Positions 1-7,133 are shown, counted from the stretch's first letter. The stretch is 10,420 bases of DNA from Candidatus Methylomirabilis sp. (GCA_041498975.1 JBGQJI010000087.1:1-10420), one strand, 5' to 3'. A program made the numbers and translations. The notes: generated from the letters alone by a model not told the origin.

Positions 1-2
1 TC

Positions 3-302
3 CGGGTCTCGGGCCGATTCAAGGGGAACGTCAACGTCAAAGGTGAACTGACGGTCGAGCCGGGTGCCTCGATCGACGGAGAGGTGAATGCGGATACCGT
101 CCTCGTCGGCGGCGAGGTGCGGGGGCAGATCGTCTCTTCATCCCGCGTCGAGCTGAAGGAGTCCGGCACCGTCATCGGCGACCTGAAGGCAGGGAGCCTG
201 ACAGTGGCGGCAGGATCGAGGATGCGGGGCAAGGTCGAATTCGGGTGGAAGGAAGGCGAGATCGAGGAGATGCATCCGGGCGAGGGCGGCCTTCCACGAT
301 GA
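3..302 (+). CDS. Bactofilin / polymer-forming cytoskeletal protein (CcmA family), 5'-truncated by the window edge
   Basis: Frame is open from base 3: RVSGRFKGNVNVKGELTVEPGASIDGEVNADTVLVGGEVRGQIVSSSRVELKESGTVIGDLKAGSLTVAAGSRMRGKVEFG. This is the typical bactofilin beta-helix pattern. The track start at 84 is internal. Confidence 0.9.
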   Translation, partial: RVSGRFKGNVNVKGELTVEPGASIDGEVNADTVLVGGEVRGQIVSSSRVELKESGTVIGDLKAGSLTVAAGSRMRGKVEFGWKEGEIEEMHPGEGGLPR

Positions 303-658
303 GCGGCCATGGGGTGATCGGCGAGGCGTGGAACTGCCCGCATTGCAGGGAGCGCATCCTTCGAAGCGCGGTAGCCTGCCCGGCTTGCCAGCGACACCTG
401 CATGTCGACGCCGTCACCCTCGCAAGACCGGCCCAGGCCACGGTATGCCCGCTCAGCGTTGACGGCACGATCCGGCATCCCGGGACCGAGACCCCTTGGG
501 AGTATACGGTTCTCATCGACATCCATGATGCACCGGGACAATTGCTGGCAAGACGAGTTGTTGGCGTAGGGGCGCTTCGGCCTGGCGAGACGCGCACATT
601 CACACTCCGTGTAGAGGTACTCGTGCCCGAGAAATCTACGCTGACCTCAGCCCCCTGA
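299..658 (+). CDS. Hypothetical protein with N-terminal zinc ribbon (CPHC...CPAC) and C-terminal beta-sandwich-like (FxLYD-like) region
   Basis: ATG at 299 overlaps the bactofilin stop (ATGA). Contains two CxxC motifs, then a beta-rich segment ending VGALRPGETRTFTLRVEV. 119 aa. Confidence 0.7.
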   Translation: MSGHGVIGEAWNCPHCRERILRSAVACPACQRHLHVDAVTLARPAQATVCPLSVDGTIRHPGTETPWEYTVLIDIHDAPGQLLARRVVGVGALRPGETRTFTLRVEVLVPEKSTLTSAP

Positions 659-1164
659 CTGAGGGCTTCGCCAAGACCAACAGGACGCCCGCGTCCGCTC
701 GGCGTGGCTGCCACGCCCACGGCTGCTCCAGCACTCGCGACCCTCGGAGGCTCGCCAATCGCCTTCTGCTCTCTGGCCCCAGCGAACAGCAGTTGAATCC
801 CCCCAATGTGTTCCTCTTGGCTCGACCGTACGCCGATGCCCTTCTCCCGCGCAAGTAACGCGCCACGGCCTCCGCTCCCTATCGGGGTGAGGGCATGGCC
901 TAATCACTGGCGAGGGGAGCCGTGCAGGCGATTGGGGTCCGAGACCAGGCGCTTCTCGAAGCGCTGCCTCTTGACAGACGACTGATCAGGGACATCAGGA
1001 AATTTGAAGGCGGGCCACGGGACTCCTCTAGACATGCTGTTCACCCTTACGGGCGACCTCATCTGTATTCATACATGCTCGCAGGCCAACATTCGAACGA
1101 AGTGGGGCGGCGCTCAGGCGGAAGGTCGACTTTCCTTGTGGAAATCATAGGATAGAAAAAGTTC

Positions 1165-1193
1165 TTGACACGCTTCGCCGTGCGAGATATAAA
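1165..1193 (+). promoter_or_regulatory. Sigma70-type promoter for the Rrf2-led operon
   Basis: TTGACA (1165-1170), 17-bp spacer, TATAAA (1188-1193). An A-rich tract lies just upstream and the Rrf2 ATG is 48 bp downstream. Confidence 0.75.
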
Positions 1194-1216
1194 ATCCGAG
1201 TAAGTCGATCGACAAT
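1192..1216. promoter_or_regulatory. Candidate Rrf2 (IscR type-1-like) operator overlapping the -10/+1 region
   Basis: AAATCCGAGTAAGTCGATCGACAAT has a 5-7-5 imperfect dyad core (CCGAG-N7-ATCGA) resembling IscR type-1 boxes. A similar core, TCGAC-N7-GTGGA, lies at 1126-1142. Confidence 0.5.
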
Positions 1217-1240
1217 CTTGTAATAGCTGGACAAAGGATC

Positions 1241-1690
1241 ATGCGAGTTTCCACCAAAGGCGATTACGCAACGCGGGCGATGCAGGATCTCGCCTTCCAC
1301 TATGATCAAGGGCCGATTCAGATCGAGGACATCGCGAAGCGACAACATCTTCCCGTGCGGTATCTGGAACAGATCCTCTTGAGCCTGAAACGGGCGGGCT
1401 TCCTTGAAAGCAAGCGGGGGGTGAATGGGGGCTACTACCTCGCCAAGCATCCTCGGGAGATCACCGTCGGGGCCATCATCAGGACCATGGAGGGCCCGAT
1501 CATCCCTATCTTCTGTGTCGGCAGCGGGAAGCGGGAGATCTGTATCGAAGAGCCGCTCTGCAGCCTGCGGGATATCTGGAACGAAGTCCGCGATGCTGTG
1601 GTGAGGATTGTGGACCATACCACTCTCGAAGATCTGTGTCGGCAGATCAGAGTGAAGCGAGAACGGCAGGAGTTGACGTACCAGATCTAA
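1241..1690 (+). CDS. Rrf2-family transcriptional regulator (CymR/IscR-like)
   Basis: Motifs MRVSTKGDYATRAM, YLEQILLSLKRAGFLESKRGVNGGYYLAK and ITVGAIIRTMEGP. Cys triad C-x8-C-x5-C. AAGGA RBS upstream. Confidence 0.95.
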   Translation: MRVSTKGDYATRAMQDLAFHYDQGPIQIEDIAKRQHLPVRYLEQILLSLKRAGFLESKRGVNGGYYLAKHPREITVGAIIRTMEGPIIPIFCVGSGKREICIEEPLCSLRDIWNEVRDAVVRIVDHTTLEDLCRQIRVKRERQELTYQI

Positions 1691-1792
1691 TCCCGTTCCA
1701 ACTATTTACACCACAATGGAGGCTAGGGACAGCGAGAGTTCTTGGTAGGGCTTATGTTGGCGATTAGCCGCACTCAGTTGGAACGGGACTAG
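1687..1792. mobile_element. MITE-like element / long terminal inverted repeat pair in the rrf2-cysK intergenic region
   Basis: CTAATCCCGTTCCAACT (1687-1703) and AGTTGGAACGGGACTAG (1776-1792) are reverse complements at 16/17 positions, with a perfect 13-bp core. The 72-bp interior is non-coding. Flanks are CTAA/CTAG. Confidence 0.55.
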
Positions 1793-1822
1793 CCCTTTTA
1801 GGGGCAAAAGGTATAGAGACCG

Positions 1823-2737
1823 ATGCCACGCTTGGTTCGAAACGCGCTCGAATTGATCGGCGATACCCCATTGGTGGAGTTGCAGCGGATTCCGCGGCGA
1901 GGCTCCGCCCGTATTCTTGGAAAGCTGGAGTCTCTGAATCCAGGGGGAAGCGTCAAAGATCGGATCGCCCTGGCAATGATCGAAGAGGCGGAGCGTAACG
2001 GGCGCCTGAAGCCGGGCGACACGATCGTCGAGCCGACCTCAGGGAACACCGGGATCGGCCTTGCGATGGTGGCGGCGATCAAAGGGTACCGGTTGATCCT
2101 GACGATGCCGGAAGACATGAGCCTGGAGCGCCGGACGCTGGTCGGTCGGTTCGGGGCCGAGCTGGTGCTCACTCCAGCAATCGAAGGGATGACTGGCGCG
2201 GTCTACGCGGCCCAGTCGCTGGTGGAAAAGCATCCCGATTACTTCATGCCTCAGCAGTTCCTGAACCCGGCCAACCCCGAGATCCACCGGCTGACCACAG
2301 CCAGGGAGATCCTCAAAGCGACTCAGGGGCAGATCGATGCGTTTGTGGCCGGCGTCGGGACCGGCGGGACCATCACGGGGGTAGGCGAGGTGTTGAAGAA
2401 AGAAGTTCCCGGCGTCCAGGTGATCGCAGTGGAACCAGCCAAGTCTCCCGTCTTACAGGGAGGCAGGGCCAGGCCCCACGGGATTCAGGGAATCGGCGCC
2501 AGCTTCGTCCCGGGAGTCCTGAACAGGGAGATGCTTGACGAGATCATCGCAGTCGAGGACGAGGATGCCTATCGGATGGCCGCTCGCCTGGCCAAAGAAG
2601 AAGGCCTCCTGGTGGGAATATCGGCGGGAGGAAACGTTGTTGCCTCGACGTTGGTGGCGGAACGGCTTGGAGCCGGGAAAGTCGTGGTCACAATCCTCCC
2701 CGACACGGGCGAGCGATACCTGACCGTCCCATTCTGA
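1823..2737 (+). CDS. cysK: Cysteine synthase A (O-acetylserine sulfhydrylase)
   Basis: Motifs LIGDTPLVEL, KLESLNPGGSVKDRIA (PLP lysine), EPTSGNTGIGLA, QQFLNPANPEIH, GVGTGGT, HGIQGIGASFVP and DTGERYL. Confidence 0.95.
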   Translation: MPRLVRNALELIGDTPLVELQRIPRRGSARILGKLESLNPGGSVKDRIALAMIEEAERNGRLKPGDTIVEPTSGNTGIGLAMVAAIKGYRLILTMPEDMSLERRTLVGRFGAELVLTPAIEGMTGAVYAAQSLVEKHPDYFMPQQFLNPANPEIHRLTTAREILKATQGQIDAFVAGVGTGGTITGVGEVLKKEVPGVQVIAVEPAKSPVLQGGRARPHGIQGIGASFVPGVLNREMLDEIIAVEDEDAYRMAARLAKEEGLLVGISAGGNVVASTLVAERLGAGKVVVTILPDTGERYLTVPF

Positions 2738-2819
2738 TTCGCGCGGGAGCCAGAGCATGAACGCCTATCGTGGTCTAGATTCTTTGAGGGGAGGGGAGCC
2801 AACGGGGGGTGAGGTGTCG

Positions 2820-3905
2820 ATGGCGATCCGTGTCTATATTCCGACTCCGTATCGGAAGCTGACCCGGAATCAGCCCGTCGTCGAGGGGCATGGGGACGAT
2901 CTGGTGGAACTCCTGGACGACCTGGAGAGGCGCTTTCCGGGCATCCGCGGCCATGTGCTCGACGAGGGTGGTGAGATTCACCGCCACCTAAACGTCTACG
3001 TGAACAGTGTGGCGCTGGAGGAGCTTGGAGGCAAGCGAACGCCACTGAAGGATGGTGACGAGGTGGCGGTGATCCCGGCCATGGCGGGCGGGGCCGTGCC
3101 CTTCAATGAAGAGCAGATCCGCCGCTACAGCCGGCATATCATCCTCCCCGAGGTGGGGGGCAAAGGTCAGCGCAAACTATTGAACAGTTCGATCCTCCTG
3201 GTCGGGGCAGGCGGCCTCGGCTCCCCTGCGGCCCTGTACCTCGCCGCCGCGGGTGTCGGTCGTCTCGGCATCATCGACGCCGATGTCGTGGACATGAGCA
3301 ATTTGCAACGCCAGATCCTCCACCACGTGGATGATGTGGGACGACCGAAGGTCCAGTCTGCGGTGGATTCGATCGGCCAGATCAACCCCGACGTGAAGGT
3401 TGAGCCGTTTCAGGCGATCCTCTCCTCGGAAAACGCCAAGGACATCATCGGCCAGTACGACCTTGTGGTCAACGGCTGTGACAACTTCCCGACCCGGTAC
3501 CTGGTCAACGACGTCTGTGTCTTTCTGAAGAAGCCGCTGGTAGACGGAAGTATCTTCAAGTTCGAAGGACAGGTGACGGTTTTTGTCCCTGGTCAGGGCT
3601 GCTACCGCTGCCTGTACCCTTCCCCTCCGCCTCCCGGACTTGTCCCGAGTTGTCAGGAGGCCGGCGTCCTGGGAGTGCTGTGCGGCATCGTCGGGAGCCT
3701 GCAAGCCATCGAGGCGATCAAGCTTCTGCTCGGGATCGGCGAGTCCCTGGCCGGGCGTCTGCTCTTCGTGGATGCATTTGGGATGGAGTTCCGGCAGGTC
3801 AAGGTGCGCCGCGACCCCGACTGCCCGGTGTGCGGAGACCGTCCGACCATCACCGATCCGATCGACTACTACGAATTCTGCGGGGTGCCTGCCACGGGTC
3901 ACTGA
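2820..3905 (+). CDS. moeB: Fusion of a CysO/MoaD/ThiS-like ubiquitin-fold sulfur carrier (aa 1-91, ending AMAGG) and a MoeB/ThiF-family E1 adenylyltransferase
   Basis: GAGGTG RBS before ATG 2820. Ubl: VYIPTPYRKLT...HLNVYVN...LKDGDEVAVIPAMAGG. E1: RYSRHIILPEVG, GAGGLGSP, SNLQRQILH, DNFPTRY, CYRC, CQEAGVLG and CPVC. No stop codon between the domains and no C-terminal rhodanese domain. Confidence 0.93.
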   Translation: MAIRVYIPTPYRKLTRNQPVVEGHGDDLVELLDDLERRFPGIRGHVLDEGGEIHRHLNVYVNSVALEELGGKRTPLKDGDEVAVIPAMAGGAVPFNEEQIRRYSRHIILPEVGGKGQRKLLNSSILLVGAGGLGSPAALYLAAAGVGRLGIIDADVVDMSNLQRQILHHVDDVGRPKVQSAVDSIGQINPDVKVEPFQAILSSENAKDIIGQYDLVVNGCDNFPTRYLVNDVCVFLKKPLVDGSIFKFEGQVTVFVPGQGCYRCLYPSPPPPGLVPSCQEAGVLGVLCGIVGSLQAIEAIKLLLGIGESLAGRLLFVDAFGMEFRQVKVRRDPDCPVCGDRPTITDPIDYYEFCGVPATGH

Positions 3906-3923
3906 AGGGAAAGGAACGACGCG

Positions 3924-4940
3924 GTGCTTCGAACGGTTGTCCTCGGAATGGTCGTTGGCGTGGCCTTCGGATACGCGCTTCAACGCGGCCGCTTCTGCAT
4001 GAACTCCACATTCCGCGATATCCTGGTGGCGCGGGACCTCACACTTCTCCGCGCGTACATCCTGGCCCTCCTGATCCAGATGGTCGGGGTCAGGGCGATG
4101 TCGGCATTGGGGTGGTTTGAGTTGGGCGTCACCCCCTTTTTCTGGGAGGCTACCCTGTTGGGCGGCTTCGTGTTCGGCCTGGGCATGGCCTTCTCGGGCG
4201 GGTGAGCGAGCGGCAGCACTTACCGGTCCGGTGAGGGGATGGTGGGATCGATCATCGCGTTGCTCGGGTTTGCGTTCGGAATCACCATGACGAGCGGTGG
4301 TGTGCTCGAGCCGGTCCAGACCGCCCTCCGGAGCTGGGTGGTCGAGATCGATGGGGAGTCGGCGACCCTGGATCGGCTCTTTGGAGTGAGCCCATGGCTC
4401 CTGGTCGCGGTGAGTGTGGCGGCCGGCGGATGGTGGTTGTGGAACAGCCCGGCAGGCGGATACCAGAAGGGGTGGAGCTGGACGAGAAGTGGGATCGCGA
4501 TCGGGCTGATCGCCACGTTCGCCTGGCCCATCTCGGCGCTCACCGGCAGGGATTACGGTCTCTCGATCACCGAGGGGATCCGGACGATTTTCGGGCTCCT
4601 GTTCACAGGCGAGGTCGATCTACTGACCTGGGGCAGCTTCATGTGGCTGGGGATCATCCCCGGTGCCTACCTGGCGGCGCGGTCGCACGGGGAATTCGCT
4701 TGGCGCGCGCCCGGCGCGCAGCGCCTCCTCCAGGCCCTCGGGGGCGGTCTCCTGATGGGGGTGGGGGCCGGGATCGCCGGGGGATGCAATATCGGGCATG
4801 GCCTGACTGGGGTCCCGCTCTTTGGCTTAAGCAGCCTGACGGCCACATTCAGCATCGTCCTGGGGGTCTGGACCGGAGCATATATCCTCTTCGGGAGCGT
4901 CGCTTTTGAGCGGAGGGTCAGAAGTGTCCAACGCGCGTAG
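3924..4940 (+). CDS. yeeE: YeeE/YedE (TsuA-like) thiosulfate/sulfur-compound transporter, predicted selenoprotein (UGA 4203-4205 = Sec94; 338 aa)
   Basis: Track ORFs 3924..4205 and 4239..4940 are in the same frame. Readthrough gives FGLGMAFSGG-U-ASGSTYRSGEG, matching the family GGCASG motif. The other conserved Cys motifs, RGRFC (C25) and AGGCNIGH (C288), are intact. Multiple TM helices; SECIS-like hairpin downstream of the UGA. Confidence 0.88.
4219..4235 (+). promoter_or_regulatory. Putative bacterial SECIS element
   Basis: CTTACC-GGTCC-GGTGAG hairpin (6-7 bp stem with one G-U pair). The GGUC-containing apical loop begins about 20 nt after the in-frame UGA. Confidence 0.75.
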
Positions 4941-5835
4941 GATCGGAATCTCTTTCATCGCGACGTGTGTCGTCTGTTGGGTCGGGGCAGTTCAGCCGGC
5001 CCTTGGAACGACGGTTGGCGGCTACGCGAACCCGCAGCTTTTGATCGAGACAGAGGAGTTGGCCAAGCTGGTTGACGAGCCGGCATTGCGGATTGTAGAC
5101 CTTCGAACACCGGAAGAGTATGCCGAGGGCCATATCCCGGGCGCGGTGCATCTGCGCTGGCAGGCCCTGGATGACCTCAAGGCGAATCAGGAGGGTCTCC
5201 CGATCCCCAAGGCTCTGGCAGAGGAGCTGTTCAGCGGAGTGGGGATCGGGGACACGACGAGGGTCGTTGCGTACGATGGTCCGAAGACCCCCTTTGGCGC
5301 CACCCGCCTCTTCTTTGTCCTGGAGTTCTTCGGCCATGACAAGGTCCGGGTGTTAAACGGCGGCTTCAAGAAGTGGGCGCAGGAAGGTCGCCCGGCCTCT
5401 ACCGAGGCGCCGGCGCCGGCCAAGGCCGCCTTCGTCGCTCGACCACGCCCAGAGCTGCTGGCCACCTCGCAGGAGGTGCGCGCGAGACTCGGCGACCCGA
5501 AGGTGTGCCTCCTGGATGCTCGATCGGCGAAGGAGTACACCGGGGAGGATCTCCGGGCCATGCGGGGTGGGAGGATTCCCGGGGCGGTCAATGTGGACTA
5601 CCTCAATACCATGCGGAGTGAGGACCAGACGTTCAAGAGCGTCGAGGAGTTGCGAAAGCTCTTTGAGTCCGCAGGGGTCACGCCGGACCGGGAGACGATC
5701 ACGTACTGCCACACGGGCGCCAGGGCGGCTCACGACTACTTCGTGCTGCGACTCCTGGGATACCAGAAGCTCAAGAACTACGATGGCTCATGGGCCGAAT
5801 GGGGTAACTCCGAGGGGCTGCCGATCGAGGAGTGA
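4924..5835 (+). CDS. Two-domain rhodanese / thiosulfate sulfurtransferase (SseA/TST-like) with probable signal peptide
   Basis: GGAGG RBS then GTG 4924 (alternative start 4906). N-terminus MSNARRIGISFIATCVVCWVGAVQPALG. Motifs YAEGHIPGAV, VRVLNGG, LLDARS, GGRIPGAVN, active-site loop YCHTGARA and YDGSWAEW. Overlaps the yeeE stop by 17 nt. Confidence 0.92.
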   Translation: MSNARRIGISFIATCVVCWVGAVQPALGTTVGGYANPQLLIETEELAKLVDEPALRIVDLRTPEEYAEGHIPGAVHLRWQALDDLKANQEGLPIPKALAEELFSGVGIGDTTRVVAYDGPKTPFGATRLFFVLEFFGHDKVRVLNGGFKKWAQEGRPASTEAPAPAKAAFVARPRPELLATSQEVRARLGDPKVCLLDARSAKEYTGEDLRAMRGGRIPGAVNVDYLNTMRSEDQTFKSVEELRKLFESAGVTPDRETITYCHTGARAAHDYFVLRLLGYQKLKNYDGSWAEWGNSEGLPIEE

Positions 5836-5848
5836 TGGGGGAGAATGG

Positions 5849-6076
5849 ATGGCGCAGTATTCGCTCGACGTGACCGGGGAGATTTGCCCCTATCCTTTGA
5901 TCATGACCAGGAAAGAGTTGGGGAAGCTGCAGCCGGGTGATCAACTGGTCGTGACAGTCGATTACGCAAAATCGGCGGAGGACATCCCCAGGTGGGCGAA
6001 GGAGGATGGCCACACCGTCCTGGCGGTTCGCGAGATGGGCGGGACACAGTGGGAAATCCTGCTGGAAAAGGGGTAA
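5849..6076 (+). CDS. TusA/SirA-family sulfur carrier (YeeD/TsuB-like), CPYP motif
   Basis: ATG 5849 after GGGGAG. Sequence MAQYSLDVTGEICPYPLIMTRKELGKLQPGDQLVVTVD...DIPRWAKEDGH, 75 aa. The track's 5516 start is an over-extension. Confidence 0.92.
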   Translation: MAQYSLDVTGEICPYPLIMTRKELGKLQPGDQLVVTVDYAKSAEDIPRWAKEDGHTVLAVREMGGTQWEILLEKG

Positions 6077-6134
6077 CCCTGATCTCCTGGGGCTGGCAGG
6101 CTGGCCGGCGCCGTCTTGAGCCGGGCGAGGTGTC

Positions 6135-7106
6135 GTGATCGCGTTGAATCCGCCACGGATGGTGTTGATGGCCCTGGCGCTTCTTGCAGGAGGCGCTGCT
6201 GCACAGGCGGAGGCGGCCGGTCGCGTCTACACGGCCAACATGGAGTCCGGCACCGTCTCCGTCATCGATGCCGACGCGATGAAGGTCGTGCTCACGATCG
6301 ATGCCAGGGGACATCACACCGACGACCTTTTCTTGTCGGCTGATCAGTCCAAGCTGTTCGCGACCAACATGCACAGCGGGACCCTGGCGGTCGTGGACAC
6401 CGCTACCGATCAGGTGATCGCCACGATCCCGACGGGGAAGAAGGCTCACTCCATTGCCCTCACTCAGGATGGCAAGCACGTCTGGGTGGTCAACGGGGGA
6501 GAGGAGTATTTGACCGTTGTGGATGTTGCCTCGCTCAGGATCGTCGGACGGGTCTTTCTGGGCCAGATCCTCGGCCCGGGATATGTCCGATTTAACCCCG
6601 AGGGAACACGGGCGTATATGACGAGCCCGATCCTCGGCACTGTTTCCGTGATCGACGTGGCCTCGAAGAAGGTGATCGCGACGGTGGAGGTCGGGAAGAG
6701 TCCGACCTTCATCGCCGTGACGTCCGATGGGCGGCGAATCTGGGGCGCCGATACCGGCGGCGACGAGATTTTTGCCCTCGATGGCTCGAACAATAGCCTG
6801 CTGGGGAAGCTGACAGTAGGGAAGGCTCCGAACCATCTCGCCCTCGTTGGCGACAGCCTCTATGTGACAGTGGGAGGGACGAACGAAGTGGCGATGGTGG
6901 GCGACGTGGGCGGCCAGGTGAGCGTGAGGGGGCGGATCAAGGTCGGCGGGAGGCCCCGTGGAATCAGGCCCAGCCCGGACGGGAAGCGCCTGTATGTCAC
7001 CAGTGAAGATACGAACGATCTGCACGTGATCGACATTGCGGCACAGAGGATAGTGGGGACGGTCCCGGTGGGCAGGAGGCCCGTCGCCGTCGTGACGGCG
7101 AGATAG
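6135..7106 (+). CDS. Secreted YVTN/YncE-family seven-bladed beta-propeller protein
   Basis: GAGGTG RBS. Signal peptide ...MVLMALALLAGGAAAQAEA. Seven repeats of the type RVYTANMESGTVSVID / RLYVTSEDTNDLHVID, several linked by VGxxP-type turns. Confidence 0.9.
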   Translation: MIALNPPRMVLMALALLAGGAAAQAEAAGRVYTANMESGTVSVIDADAMKVVLTIDARGHHTDDLFLSADQSKLFATNMHSGTLAVVDTATDQVIATIPTGKKAHSIALTQDGKHVWVVNGGEEYLTVVDVASLRIVGRVFLGQILGPGYVRFNPEGTRAYMTSPILGTVSVIDVASKKVIATVEVGKSPTFIAVTSDGRRIWGADTGGDEIFALDGSNNSLLGKLTVGKAPNHLALVGDSLYVTVGGTNEVAMVGDVGGQVSVRGRIKVGGRPRGIRPSPDGKRLYVTSEDTNDLHVIDIAAQRIVGTVPVGRRPVAVVTAR

Positions 7107-7133
7107 ATCGACCGTCGCTTTGGAGGAAGTCGG

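Noticed and set aside
701..964. GC-rich hairpins (GGCGTGG-CTG-CCACGCC at 701-717, CACGGC...GCCGTG at 864-924, GCGCTTC-TC-GAAGCGC at 949-964) as terminator, tRNA-Sec or riboswitch
   Set aside because: No U-tract, cloverleaf or T-loop, and no SAM or T-box consensus recognised. Short stems are expected by chance at this GC content.
636..1155. Small ORFs 636..866(-), 647..907(-) and 922..1155(+) in the long intergenic region
   Set aside because: No recognisable domains and atypical Arg/Pro-rich composition. Cannot be supported as genes.
2757..2819. N-terminal extension of the Ubl-E1 ORF from ATG 2757
   Set aside because: Weak RBS and low-complexity sequence. ATG 2820 has GAGGTG and matches the Ubl fold start.
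3924..4205. Interpreting yeeE as a pseudogene or as two separate genes (93 aa + 233 aa)
   Set aside because: The only lesion is a TGA exactly at a conserved Cys. The intervening codons continue the motif and a SECIS-like hairpin follows. Retained only as the alternative hypothesis.
5516..5848. Long N-terminal extension of TusA#1 in the ORF track (similarly 8373-8438 for mec and 245-298 for the zinc-ribbon gene)
   Set aside because: These overlap the upstream real gene in another frame, and better starts exist at 5849, 8439 and 299.
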